DNA from: Octopus sinensis | Taxonomy: Eukaryota | Assembly: GCF_006345805.1 (NCBI RefSeq) | Contig: NC_043001.1 | Span: 85,374,001-85,438,000, forward strand | Direction: 5' to 3' | Length of the DNA stretch: 64,000 nt | In this document: positions 1-13,902 of the stretch, in pieces | Layout: each line of letters opens with the position of its first letter | Numbering within the stretch: the stretch's first letter is position 1 | Translations under genes and position numbers: made by a program | The notes under the pieces: model-generated | The model's input: the letters and a program-made list of their open reading frames with translations, nothing else | What the model was told of the DNA's origin: nothing | Database searches by the model: none

Positions 1-3000
1 GTCATATCGACATGGCGTTCAGAGAGTCATTGGGTACATGAGGTAAATATAATTTATGTCGCCACACCGCACCAATAATCAACAATACGTTTGAGGGAAT
101 TATCTCTGGATACGATTTTTCAGCCAAATGCACCCGAGGTATTGATTTTAAAATTTCCTATAAACTTAAATTATCCGCACTCTCAGTAAAAAAATAACAT
201 TCTAGGAGTGTTTAGAATTAAAAACAAATGCAGCAGTCAAAGGATATGACTGGAATCTGATTCGGTTAACCATATTATTTAGAAAATAAAGGCGGTTTGA
301 CTCCTGTTGCTATTTATATTGTTAGTTTATTTTTAAACGCATACAAGGAACGTTTGTGTACTAGTGACTTTGGTAATCCCTGTTAATCAAAGTTTTCAAT
401 ACGAAATCCTACTCTATTGCGTTATTATATTCCTTCTCAATACATATAAACTAATCTTTTCTAACTCTAAGCCAACTGAGTGGAATATTTCCTACTGAGG
501 AGCTTTCAATATGAGCGAAACATATCTGTTACTTTAATCCATTCCCTTTTGCATCGTCTTTATATTCTGAAGATTTACGTTGCTTGAGTTAATCAGATTT
601 AGCTTCCAAACTGTTGTTTCTTTTTATATAGCACATATACATGTAATATGTTGCTTCCGCATAGCATGAATAAATAAATAACATTTTTAATTTCCTGTAA
701 AATTTCTACTTTTATACTATTCTAAGTACGTTGCTCCGAAATATCGTTTTAGCATATTGTCATATACATCCATCCATCCATCTATCCATACATACAAACA
801 TACGGATTTACCACACCAATATTTATTTCATTGTTATAAGTCATTGAAGTTTAACGATGAGTTAATAACTGAGCTATTAAATATAGTGGATATATTTCAT
901 GGTGCTTATACTTAATTTTAATAAATGAAAGCAATCTCAGTTAATTGAAGTTTTTCGATACACTGAGTTACATACGTGGGATCTTACAGACTAAGAATGG
1001 GTTTGCTGAAGATTGACAAACTTTCCCAGTTTGTTAAATAATATCTATGGTCAGCAGTTAATTATATTATGAGGATCGCAATCACTGGTACCCAATAATA
1101 TGTCTTCTGACATTACATGAATCAATAACTTATCACATAACCATCATGTGTTGAATCTTAAGTACCGAAATCCTTTTGAGCACAAGGTCATCAGTCTTAG
1201 AAAGAGTGTGTAAGTCGATGTTACCGACACTAGTAGTAAACTGGTACTCGACTTTATCTTCACAAGGGGCAAAACTAACGTTGGCAACACTCCTCCTTGA
1301 AAAATAAGAAGCCTGACGAAATTCCACAGACCATTTTTCCGATGCTCCTAACGAATATTGAAGCTCGGCGCCTCGTTTAAATTCCATATATTAAAATGTA
1401 TTTCTAACTTCAATCTAGTAATTTTATGTCTTAATGAACTAACGACTTACAAGTTCAATCCGAACATTTTAGTGTAATCCAACTCCGCATAAATCTGTTA
1501 TGCTGCAATGTAATGCGGAATGTAATACTTCCAATTTACAGGCGAAGAATGCTGAAGATTGTCCTTTGAGATTAAATTTTAAATGAAAAGTTATATGAAT
1601 GAAAATACCACCGAACATTTGATGGATTTCTACGGTCCCTCATCAAACATATAGTATTAGAGAAAGGGACATTGATATTGCGACTGAGGTATTCTGAAGA
1701 AAATTTCAGAGGAAGTCGAAACTGGACTGCGGCTATGTTGTGTTAAGAGCTTAAATTTAGCTCAATAACGCTTTCTAGTTCAGGTTATAGTATATTAATG
1801 AATCCCTGTATGATTAATCTACTGAAGAGAGTAGATTAAAAGGCTGCCAGATTAAATGAGTACCTGCCATCATTTACGGCTGCTAATTTGCTATCTTGTT
1901 CAGTTCAAATACAGCTTAAATTGACGTTATCTTTGGTTCTTCCTGCTCGGACAAACCGTGTAACACAACCATGTCGGATATTATAAATTTAATTAAGAAT
2001 TTCTCTTGTATCTACTCTTAAAGTCAAAAGTGAGTGTTGTATTTTATAAGTGTAGAATTAAAAGTATTAATGTATATCTAAATGTATATATGTTACCATA
2101 GACGGCAACATAATTTTACATGTTTTACCAATGTAGGATTCTTACACATGTGACGTCACCGGAAGCTCCATTTAGCTGCAGTGGCTCTATCATGGAGTAT
2201 ACGCATTGTATCCGACGAATTTATAACTCTCCTTATCTGTGTCTGTCGCTGAAACATTAGTTGTATACAGCTTTTTAGCTCTTCTGAGAGGTGAGCTGTA
2301 ATTCCACGGTTTTGTGGAATAAATTTCCATAAGTTACGCACTTTCATTTGGACAAGAGTATGGTATAGATTAATCTAGGACAATGTTATCGAATGTGGCA
2401 TCCCTAATTGAAAACGTTGGAGATTGATTTGAAGATGCTTTGAGGTGTTATTTCTAGCTGTACAACTGACAAAGAAGAGGCTTCCCATCTTGTAATTAAA
2501 TATTCGTCTTTTTAATGGATAGCTGGAGAAAATTAATAGCTTAGCAGTTGACGATATTATTTCGTTCAACTTAACAAAATGATTAACACTCACATACAAG
2601 CACATGTTCATACACATATACATTTGTGCATAAGCATACACGCATGCAAACACAGATGCATACATATGTACTTACACACACATACGCATATGCTAAAAAC
2701 AGATTCCTAAATACATATACACATGCAAACACAGGCAGATAGACACATTCAAGCAGATGCATAGACACATATATACGTGAAAACAAACCCGTACACGTAT
2801 AAAAAGGCACGAGAAGTAGACGTATGTAAAAGGAAAACAAATACAAAGAAACAAGGAAGAGAGAGGTAACTAGTCAGCGGAGAGTAAAAACGAAGTTAAA
2901 CCAGTCCAGCATACTTACAGAGATGTTCATACTGTTTGATCGTTGAAACTGAAAATAAAGAAACGATTATGTTATGAGTATATAAGTTTGATTAAAGTAA

Positions 3001-3122
3001 GCACGAAACATTTTCTAAGAAAGAAATGCCTTAAATACATGCAAAGCAATAAACCATCACAACCACTTACGAAATTTAAACTTATGATTTATTGGAGGAA
3101 GTGGAAAAGAGGATGTAGTTAG

Positions 3123-3198
<76 letters not shown>

Positions 3199-3959
3199 GT
3201 ATGCATGTATGTATGAATGTGTTAGTTGTTTGGAAACATAGATAGGCATTGCTGTTTGGGATAAGTAGCTTAACTTGAACCTCTCGTTTTCCCGTAGAGT
3301 TCTGTTGCGTAGCACCTTGAGCAAGTGGCTTTCACTATAATTCCCAGCAAAATTTTGTTGATAGAAACAGTGTAAAAACCTCTCTCTCTCTCTCTCTCTC
3401 TCTCAAATACACACGTACCAATGTGCGTATGTATTGAGTGTGGGTGTATATTTATGTCTATGGATGTAAATGAATGTTTGTACTTGTGTTCATCCTCCCA
3501 GCTATAAAACTAGTATTGATTTGTTTACGTTCCAGTGACCTAAGAGTTAAAATAAATGAGACTTAAAAATTCACAAAGAATATAATTTAAATAATTCCCA
3601 ATTTCCGTAAAAATCCCCAAATAAATTATTTTTTTAATTAGTAAAACGAATGATATGGGGTTAAGCTTAGTAATAACACAGTTATTATAACTATAGTTAT
3701 TACATTTTTAAATGACATTATCTCGGCAACAGCAATATGCCTCACTAATTCATGTTTAGTCAATTGTGTTACAATAACTATTTAATTATTGCTCTCATCA
3801 CATTACTTGAAACAACATCAAAACACCATATTAAATTCGCTTCAAAGAGAATTAGCAAGAATTTTGAATATTTTTATCAAATTTTATAGAATTAATTCAA
3901 TCAATGCTTTCATACATTCTCCCGTTTTATTTCATTATTAAATCGTTTTTTATACAAAC

Positions 3960-4075
3960 CATCATTCTTCCATTGTTGTCCTGGTACATTCTCATGTAGT
4001 CATCCATGATATCGTAGAAACAGTCTGAAATGTAGTCAACTCTGGCCATGTCCATGTTGTTCTTGCCATGGAATC
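3960..4075 (-). CDS. S-crystallin gene A, exon 3 (sigma-GST-derived lens crystallin)
   Basis: Acceptor tttgcag| and donor |gtttgt; 116 bp, phase 1 in, phase 0 out; encodes (G)[38 protein letters not shown], typical cephalopod S-crystallin. Exons 4-6 not found in 1..3959, presumably beyond the left edge. Confidence 0.96.
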
Positions 4076-4591
4076 CTGCAAAACGAATAATACAAGTAAA
4101 CAAAGAATCAAAATAAACACTCTTGCAATTGAAATATCATACAGTGTCAAAATTATCAGCAATTTAAAGAAACACAATTTATTGTGATCGTGTTTATGAA
4201 TACTTTGGAATCATTATCCATTGAGGAACCTTTACACATGACTGCTATATTTGCTTTAAAAAGCAGCCAGAAAATCCTATGAAAGAATAATTACATTATT
4301 CAGAAAAGAATAATACAGTATATAATATAGTCAATGCTGGTATTTTAACATATATCTCAGGTTATCTTAAGTCTAAATGCAGGATGTGGGTGGGCAAAAA
4401 TTTTTGATCAAATATCTGCACAATCATGATCGAACTTGACAATGGGATTAAATAAACCGACAGTTAAGTCTAATGTTGTATTTTATATTAACTACACGCA
4501 GCCCATGTAATTATGTAATTTCCTGTACTTATATTATTTTAACAATTCGTAAAGTGTTATACTCAATCAATGATTAATTAGTTTGTCACCG

Positions 4592-4624
<33 letters not shown>

Positions 4625-5081
4625 ATATTGATATTGATGTAATATGTAATTTATAATAATTATAATAAATCGCACCAATTCACACATATTTTGGTGTTTG
4701 TGCAGAGAAGAAAAAGATGATGCAAGCGACTCCGTTATTTGGCTAATATTTTGATTTCTCGATTCCTAAAGGATGAATGGTAAAATTTATGCAGGTGAAA
4801 TTTGAGAAAGCCATGTTGACCAGGAGAATCCATATCAGGAATGATGGAATGCGTAGGATTCTGAATTACAACTTTGATGTTTTCTGAGTTTAGTATTAGT
4901 CCAGGGTTGAAAAACTAATTATCAGTCAAGTCTTGGAGTCATTGAATCGCTCGATAGTATCGCCAAAACTTAGAATGTAGAAAATTCCGCTTTTAACAAT
5001 ATGCTGCTTCCCTCAGTTACAAGTGGCTCCAAAAGTCTTGTTCTCAGAGACTAGTCAGTGACGGTTATAGAAGTAGTAGTG

Positions 5082-5089
<8 letters not shown>

Positions 5090-5118
<29 letters not shown>

Positions 5119-5141
5119 AGTAGTAGTAGTAGTAGTAGTGA

Positions 5142-5198
<57 letters not shown>
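5090..5198. repeat. (TAG)n microsatellite
   Basis: Direct reading. Confidence 0.95.
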
Positions 5199-5599
5199 CA
5201 GTGGTGTTGATGTTAGTACAAATTTCTTTGAGGTAAGCAAAAATTACATTAACAGAAATGAACGAAAGGGGTAAGGAGAATTTCAACAAAATTTCCCCAG
5301 TTAAAAAGAAAGGCTGCTTAGTGTTATTTGGAGGAATATCCTTATAAACGCCCAGACTACTTCGTTACATCCACGGCGTCAAATGCGCGGTCTCCCTGTT
5401 TCTTTCCTCCTTCTCAGAAAAGGATATTAAGAGTGGGTTCATTTATCTTCACTGTTTCCACAACTTTCCCCTACTTTTCACTGAAAACTTTAGATAGAAG
5501 CAACTATCCTCTTGAAGAAATATTTGCATTGAGTTTGGTCAGGGAGGAAAATTCTCGTCCTCCACAACTCTCATATGAGTTCATATTACTACTTCGTTT

Positions 5600-6790
5600 A
5601 CGATAGTCGTGATTCCCTCTATCCAACGACAAAGATCACCACTGGCCAATGAATTTACTTCATCAGGAGATGTGTTGCAAACCCACAGAATTATTCCGAT
5701 TAGTATGTGCTCTCACAGAAGTTGATTATTCTCCGATGTGTCCGACATCATAACAATGACGTCTGCACGTAAGCAAGCCTGGCTTTCGTGTGCATCATTT
5801 AGAGCGGGATATCCTTTAAAGGCCCCATCCTCTGTAGCAATACATCCAGAAAAAAGAAACACATATAGAAAAAGCACCGACGGACCATTCTCGGTGCGAT
5901 CGTATTTTTTTGAACGGTTCGAGTGGTGGTCAGGTACTTTGACCACTGAACAGATATTAATTTATATTGTAGCAATCCAGCCTCCGAAAACGCGTCCGAA
6001 ACCAAATGCATAGCGGGAAACAGCGATGTTGTAACAGTCAATCCTGTTGAACTATTTGAACCAATCCAAATTAATATGTGCCCTATACGTTCTAAAATCT
6101 ATTTCATGGCTTTCAGATTTTAACGAAGTTAGGTCTGCTTGGATGGCACAAGTTTGTTCATCCCTAACAATGCTAACAACACAAGTGCCAGGTTCTCTTA
6201 TGAGCACTTCTGCAAACTTCTACATTCAGCATCCTTCCACAGCAGTGCGAACACTACTCAGCCAACTCGACAAAGTACTTCCAATTTCATACAGGAAGTA
6301 GCAGACAGCTACCATGTTAGGAGTAAACAAGTCCAGAATGTAGAGCAAAGAGCTCGTATGGCATGCCAACCAAGACCGGAGATCGGTGCCTCTGCAGAAT
6401 CTCTTCATATTTTCCAGTTAGTCTGCTAAAAGGGACTACATTGCCTCCTTGCTCAAGATTAGCAGCCAATGTGGAATTCCTAAATTCCTATCGACGAGCA
6501 GCACTATTGTTTGCCAAGAACATCTCGGCTCAATACTATTGGATAACTGCATTTCTCGATTTTCTGTTAGCAAACGCTAAGCTGAAAGGCCTCACAGTCC
6601 TCCTGAGACCGAAATCTCGCTTTTTTTCTACGCTGTGCTTCGGAAACTCGTGCCTACTGAATGGCTTTCATGTCCATGTGATATAGTGCGCTCTCCATGG
6701 CACAGACAACGCATCTGTCGTGTTTTGTGGCAGGGAAATAGTCGAGGGTCATTCCCACCGCTAACATGCCGTTTGCGACACTCCTTTTAT
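5600..6790 (-). mobile_element. GC-richer block, possibly a decayed LINE apurinic-endonuclease region
   Basis: YHMDMKAIQ*ARV resembles Y.IDIAALQE.R; ENG..L and ADVIV follow in the expected order; many stops. Confidence 0.3.
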
Positions 6791-8429
6791 TAGTCTTTTA
6801 TAAACTGCTAATTCATTCTCTTACTTCTCATTCACTAGATCTATCTCTTGAGTGTGCTCGAACACCTGCTGCTGATAGAGCTCACCAACACCAGCTTAAA
6901 TAATTCACTAATCAGGTCTCAGAAATATTTCCTTTATTGAAATGACGCATTCAACTTTCAGTAATATTTTTAATGTTTCTTATCTCATTTGTGGTTCTCA
7001 TCACAAATGTCCCTCGCAGAATTTTGATATTGTTACCTCGTCGATACCTTTACCTGAGTTAAAATTTTGCCTTTGCCCAACTCATCCCCTATCGAAAATC
7101 TTCGTTCTACAATTTTATCATATCCAAATATATTTAATCTATTCGACAGTGAGTAGATCTTGGTGTGTAAATTTTGCAGCTCTTGTTGCTTTTGTTATTA
7201 CACTAGTTGATCTTCCTCTTAGTATTTCTATTCTTATTGTTGGTGTTGTTCCTGTTACTCTTGTTGCTGTTCTTGGACTGTCTCTGACTGTTGAGGTTCT
7301 GCTGTAATAGTTGAGGTGATTTTCGTGTTTGTAAGTATTTCGATTGGTTTCACTGGATACCGCGCTTTACAAGCTTTTGTTCGACATGGCATATCTGACT
7401 CTTAAGATCTTTAGGCATCAAACCAGCAAATTATCTATTTGACATTTCTTCCATTTTAGCAGCCCTTCTACTATGTGCCAATCGTACCTATACTTGTTTA
7501 TCTCTAATAAATCAATGGGGACGTACAGTGTTTGAGAAGTACTAGCTTTGATTCGTTGCAGTTTTTATATGTTTATGTTGTAGTTGTTGTTGATGATGGT
7601 AGCATTGTGTAGATTTTCTATTCCACGCTGCTTACTTTTACAGTGGAAGGCTTTGGTGTATTTTTTTCTCTCTTGGTGCCTCTATTTCTGTTGTTTTAAT
7701 TGTAGAAGTTTCAGTATCAATCGTAGCAACAACGTGAGAGACACGGTCCCATAGAGTAGAATTTCATGAGATGGTCTGTTTTGTCACATTTCTCGCAATC
7801 TAACTTTCGGCCACCCAACTATAACAATTAAATTTGTTCGCGCTTTTTGGAAGTAATCCGGGATGAGAGCAAAATCTTCAGGTACGACAAAAACCTAGAA
7901 CTTATATCCAAAGATGTTCTATTTTGAATCTGTGTCTCATAATCCTACAGTGCCATTTCCACCACTTTGGCCTTATCCTTGATAGTTGGTATGTTGCAGA
8001 CCCTAGTTTTGTCACACCCTTTTTCATGTGAAATAGAATCAAGATAAAATCGTGGCACGTGCAAGTGTTACAACCCGCACTTGTGGAACGAATACAAACT
8101 CAGCAACATTCTTAATCAAATCTTGACTTTCAACTAGAGAATTCAAACCCAGTATTCAATGTTATGGTGGTGAATAGTTGTGCACAAGCGCTTATTTAGG
8201 ATTAAGTATTGTAACGCAAAAGGCAGCAATGTATTAAGGGCAACTAGGAATTTAGACGCGAATTAAATAGTAACTTAATTAGCTTCTTCTCAGATACTTT
8301 AAAACACCATTTCTCTATCCGTTTTAATGTTTCAGGAAAGTTTAATTATATTTATAATTTCATTTCCTATTGGATTATACCATTTAAAAACATATTAAGT
8401 TTGTGGATTTGCTTATTGAAAATTAGGCG

Positions 8430-8830
8430 TTGGTAACAGCAATGTTTAGAGGCGCTCTGCAGTTTTCTTTCCTATTGAGTAGAAATTCTTAAGGTAAACT
8501 GTTTTGTCACAAATGAAATATTTTAACGTTCTTCTTTTTCACCACTAGCATTTCTTCGCACTCCTTGAAATGAAGATAGATTGGGATTCCAACAGATCCC
8601 CGGGTTTAACCAACACTAAAACTCCAGAGACTTATCTGTTTTACTCTGCTTGAGATTGGATTTGTGTGCTATATCCTTTTCGTGATTTTCCAACATTGCT
8701 ACAAGTTTGACCTGGTTCCCGGAGAGTGGTCTGTTGGCGATCTGCATTTTCATCACCTGTCCTTCCAAATATTGTGAGTTCATAATAAACTACACCTTTT
8801 GTAGACCAAAGGACAACCAGAGCATAAGAA
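8430..8830 (-). mobile_element. Highly decayed mariner transposase fragment
   Basis: VLWSTKGVVYYEL resembles mariner VWW..GVIYYEL; weak later motifs; no TIRs seen. Confidence 0.4.
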
Positions 8831-9475
8831 ATGCTAAGATCATATAATTCAACCAAGAACCACCTTAAATGGTCATGGATAACTTTGAGATGGCAACAAC
8901 TCATGACATAGGCAACCCTTTAGCACATTTGCTAATCAATAATATTAGTAATTAAGCTTTAGAATCTTTCAGTTTAATGATTATTTTTCATTATACACTT
9001 GATAAGAATTGTAATTCTAGAGATATAAATTTAATAGCTTTGTCGATAAAATGAACTGCATAAATAAATCTGTGAACTGACAAACCAGTATACATTTCCT
9101 GCGGGGTTGTAAATGACGAATAAAAATATAATTGGAATTATTGTGTTAATTATTGTAAAATTCAGAAAATTTCTCATAAACATTGCTAAGTAGATTGCGT
9201 TATAGCAAGAGAGTAAGTAAAAGAATGACATTTTTCTTTTCAGTATCTCGTGAATTATCACTCGGGTTAAGCTGCTATATTATTACCATCGTAGTGCGCA
9301 CGAATTTGTTAACATTCATTGAGTATTGTGCTGAAGCTTAACATGGTAAAATATTTTTATTATATTTGCGAGATATTCATTATTATAATTACTCAGTCAA
9401 TCAATCATTCAATATCCTATTGTACGTTTACGCATACAAACACGCACACACATACACACATGTATGTATGTATAT

Positions 9476-9534
<59 letters not shown>

Positions 9535-9665
9535 GTATATATATATATGTATATATGAATATATATATGTATATACATATGTGTGTGTGTGTACGTGTGT
9601 GTGTGTGTTTTTGTGTGTGTGTATAGATACGCTGATATGTAATAATTTGAATAAACTGGTCTTAC

Positions 9666-9761
9666 CGAATTCTCTGGCAAGGTACATGGCAATAGCCATA
9701 CTCTGAGGAATTTGGTGCCTGTTATCGATTTCCAGCATTGGAACCATGTGGCAAGGCATCT
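9666..9761 (-). CDS. S-crystallin gene A, exon 2
   Basis: cttttgcag| ... |gtaaga; 96 bp, phase 1/1; encodes (K)[31 protein letters not shown](G) with the GST cis-Pro and QS motif; frame joins exons 1 and 3. Confidence 0.96.
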
Positions 9762-10249
9762 CTGCAAAAGCAAACATACATTTTGAAATGGGAGAATGAT
9801 AATATGTAAATATGAAGAAAACATGACGTGGTTTCGGATTGAGTAGAATATACTATAACAAATTAGTTGCCATGAAATAAGCTAACACAATGTTTTAGTG
9901 CAAATGCATACGGTAAACCGGAAAATTGGATACCAATTACATGTTATATTTTCAGTGGCTATAAAGAAATATTGAAGATATATTTAATGTGAAGTATTCA
10001 AAGTAAAATGAAATTAACTAAATAGAAAATGGAACGAATAACATAAAATAGAGATTATCGAATCAATTATTTATTTGGCTTGATTTATATTTAGTTAAAA
10101 CGAAAGAAGTATGTGGAATCGATATGTATTAAATGAGTATGTTCGGATATGATAAAATTATAGAACGAAGAAATGGAATATATAAAGTGATGGAAATTAA
10201 ATTGCCAAACGTAGAATTAAGTCCATATGTGATGATGGTGATGATGATG

Positions 10250-10291
10250 ATAATAATGATAATAAGGATAATAATGATAATAATAATAATA

Positions 10292-10376
<85 letters not shown>
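10250..10376. repeat. (TAA)n microsatellite
   Basis: Direct reading. Confidence 0.95.
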
Positions 10377-10377
10377 C

Positions 10378-10522
10378 CTTTCGACTATAGACACAAGGTC
10401 TGAAATTTGGTGGGAGGGGACTAGTCGATTTCATCGATCCCAGTGTTTCATTAGTACTTAATTTATCGACCCCGAATGGATGAAAGGCAATGTCGACCTC
10501 AGGATAATTTGAACTTAGAACG
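10378..10522 (-). mobile_element. SINE family 1 fragment
   Basis: Reverse complement of the same core, ending in a (TTA)n tail. Confidence 0.75.
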
Positions 10523-10670
10523 TTTTAGAAGGAGTGGGTAAGTCCATTACATCGATCTCATTACTAGACTGGTTCTTGTTTTATCGACCCCGAAAGTATA
10601 AAGTTCAAAGTACACTCAGACACACTCACATATGTACCACTTCTCTATTTAAATAATCTCTTACTTCTGT

Positions 10671-10980
10671 AAGCATCAGTTTATTAAACTCAGTTGACGT
10701 TAGTAATTAGTGCGTGGAGTGCTAAAACGTAAACTTTCGGTAATTGTACGAAAAGTAATCATTTATGTGAACTGTTCAATCGAATTGGTTAGTACACAAT
10801 GCGTGAAAGATGAATCGAAAGAACTGGAAGCATCGGTTTATTAAACTTGGTTGATGTTACTAATCGGTGCATATAATATGAAAAATGGAAAGATTTGATA
10901 TCTGTACGTAAGGAACCATTTCTGTGAACTATTTAATTGTTTTAATTTGGTTTGTATGCAATGCTTGAAAGATGAAGTGA
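10671..10980. repeat. Diverged two-copy tandem repeat, ~157-bp unit
   Basis: aagcatc.gtttattaaact...tgtacg...tgtgaact...aatgc.tgaaagatgaa at 10671 and 10828. Confidence 0.8.
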
Positions 10981-11251
10981 TAGAGGTTGAAAGGAAACGA
11001 AGACGTTAAGAGTAACAGTAAGTTTCTGTTTCACGATTCATTATATAAAATGCATCTTACATATTTCCAGTGGCCCACTTCATTTGTGATGCGTGTACGA
11101 GACAATGATAGGGCCATATGGACAGGAGAAATATCACTTGAGACTTCATAAAAAACACACGTATGTAGCTTTCATTCGTCTATATTTCTGTTTTTCTCCG
11201 AAAGATATACTCAAAGTCACAGACAACCATATTCACATTCGATATGATATG

Positions 11252-11301
<50 letters not shown>

Positions 11302-11328
11302 ATATCTATCTATCTATCTATCTATCTA

Positions 11329-11387
<59 letters not shown>

Positions 11388-11426
11388 CTATTTATTTATT
11401 TATCTGTCTGTCTGTCTGTCTGTTTG

Positions 11427-11468
<42 letters not shown>
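11252..11468. repeat. (TATC)n microsatellite
   Basis: Direct reading. Confidence 0.95.
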
Positions 11469-11480
<12 letters not shown>

Positions 11481-12979
11481 CTTCTATAAGTTGTGTTTGT
11501 TTGCTTGTATATATTTTAAATCATACATAATGCCAAATTTACTCAAAAGGCATTATTTGGCTCGGAGCTTTAGTAGAAGATATTTGTCAAAAAGGCCGCA
11601 TAGTGGGACTGAACCCGACACAGCATGTTTACAAAATGAGCTTCTTACCCACATAGGCATGCCTGATTCTTCAAGATTTATTCATAAGACAAATTATGCT
11701 GCTTGCTGTTTAGCTCCATAAAGGTAAAATAGAAGAATAGTCGTCTTTGTTGTTTACGTTTAAAACCAGATCAGTCTTAAACTCAAAATCTTATTAAGAA
11801 AAACTGTTTATCAAGCCGTTTAATATCTGGGGATACATTAATTAATAGAGCTCCTCACCAAATTGTCCAAAATTCTCTGAGTATATGGCATATCCATACC
11901 TTCTAAAATTGTAACCATAGCCATCTTCTACAGTAGGACTCAGTAAAATGTAAGATCAATAACAGGCGATACATCATATCGCAAGATACTACTTCACTGT
12001 TACACGGTGGTCAACAAAGCTAAACAATCTTCTACATAGTTTTCGCTTACCGATATGTGTACAAATTTCGTTGAGTTAGAGACTACGAGTGAAGGTGTCA
12101 CGCAAGGTAATCACACCTTGGCTCTGGTAGTTGCGAAGTAAACATCTTAGCAGTGAAGTTATACGTTTAACACACTTCTGACCGATGGACTGATTGTAAC
12201 TCTGTTAAGTTTAACAGTATATTAAAAACAATGCCGGATTTGATGGCATATAAGGCACACTTTTTCCCAATAATAATCTTTCAAAAAAATTGCCTCGGGC
12301 CTCATATACGAAGTTACGCCTCTCTAAAAATATTTTAGTCTGAAGATGCGATGCTGAGACTGGAGTGCGTCTAATATACCCGTACGTCTTTTACGCCATA
12401 AAATAAAGTAATTATTCTGAGAAAATAAAATGCGTTGAGTTATTGCTACATAAAAGTTCAGACGAAAATGAGATGTGACGTTAATTCATTATTTGAATAT
12501 CATGAGTGAAATAAGGTGATATGAAGTTTCTCTGCAGGGAATATGTTCACTTGAAGACCTCTAGATACTAAATCAATCACAGGTTATTTAAAATAATTGA
12601 TGAATGGCTATCTTTAGCTCGGTTCACTCTATTTAGCTCAATTTTCGACATCATATTCAAGTAATTTATATTATTTTTGAAGTTTTACAAACACAAAATT
12701 AATTATGCTAAATCAAGATGCAAATTACGCTTTCAACTCGGTTTCTTTCTGTTTGCTTGTATAATTAATTCTTTACATAGATGGTATAAAATAGGTGCAC
12801 TTAATTATACACCGGTTTTATGAATATATACGCATATTAAAATCTTCAGTAAGCATTACTTTAGTGTAAGGATCTATTCAAATATACAAACATACACACT
12901 CAGATGTGTATATATATGTGTGTGTGCGTGTGTGTGCGCGTGTACGTGTGTGTGTGCGTGTGTGCTCGTGTGCACGTTA

Positions 12980-13035
<56 letters not shown>

Positions 13036-13165
13036 TTATATATGTATATGGCCACACATATTTCAAGATGTATATTTGAGACTGTATTATTGATGCATTG
13101 AATATACATAGGTACATACATTAATACATATATACATATATAATGGTACACGTTTGTATGTGTAT

Positions 13166-13197
<32 letters not shown>

Positions 13198-13709
13198 TAA
13201 TTACTTAACTTTTCTGAAGTGTTAGACGGATGATGTCTGACCAGGAAAATTAGTTACCTTCTTTGTAAGTGAATATTATAAACAATATAAAACTTAGTAA
13301 ATTTTAAGAATTAGACATTTGTGTTTTGATTTCGATTCCAACAGGAATTCTACAAAGTAAAAGATTGTTTAAACTTTCTTTATCAATATCTTCCAAATAT
13401 TCGTAAGTCAACTGAATTTACAGTTTCCTCTCTTTGTTACCATTCATTATATAAGCGAGTTATTTTCTCAATCAGACAAAAAAGAGTAGGTAAATCCGCA
13501 ATGGTAACTGCAAGATGTTGACTAAGTAATTAGGTGTCACCTTCAAACCAATAATTCAAAGTACGTAGTTTATCGGCCATATTGGAAACAAATATGTTCA
13601 CGTAGAAATAGAATATGCAAACATATATGACTTCATGAAAATATATATATAAACGTTTGTGTTTTTGTGTGTGTATATGTACATAGATATATTTATACAT
13701 ATAACTACG

Positions 13710-13740
<31 letters not shown>

Positions 13741-13902
13741 GCATGTATGTATGTATGCACGTGTGTATGTATGCACGTATGTATGTATGCATGTATGTAT
13801 TAGAAATGGCCACACATGATTTCTTTCGAAAGATTCTGTTAAATTCGTTTCCCTGTGCAGATCTTAGGCCGACATGTATACATAGAGCTGATATAATGTG
13901 AA

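Noticed and set aside
1690-1730. CTGAAGA...GAAAC hammerhead candidate (similar weak cases at ~12340, ~51320, ~52355, ~59958)
   Set aside because: Stems I and III or the cleavage triplet are missing; compatible with chance.
2156-2347. ORF containing LMFQRQ as a possible exon 4 of gene A
   Set aside because: No AG acceptor directly before the FQR codons in phase 0, and the following sequence does not resemble S-crystallin.
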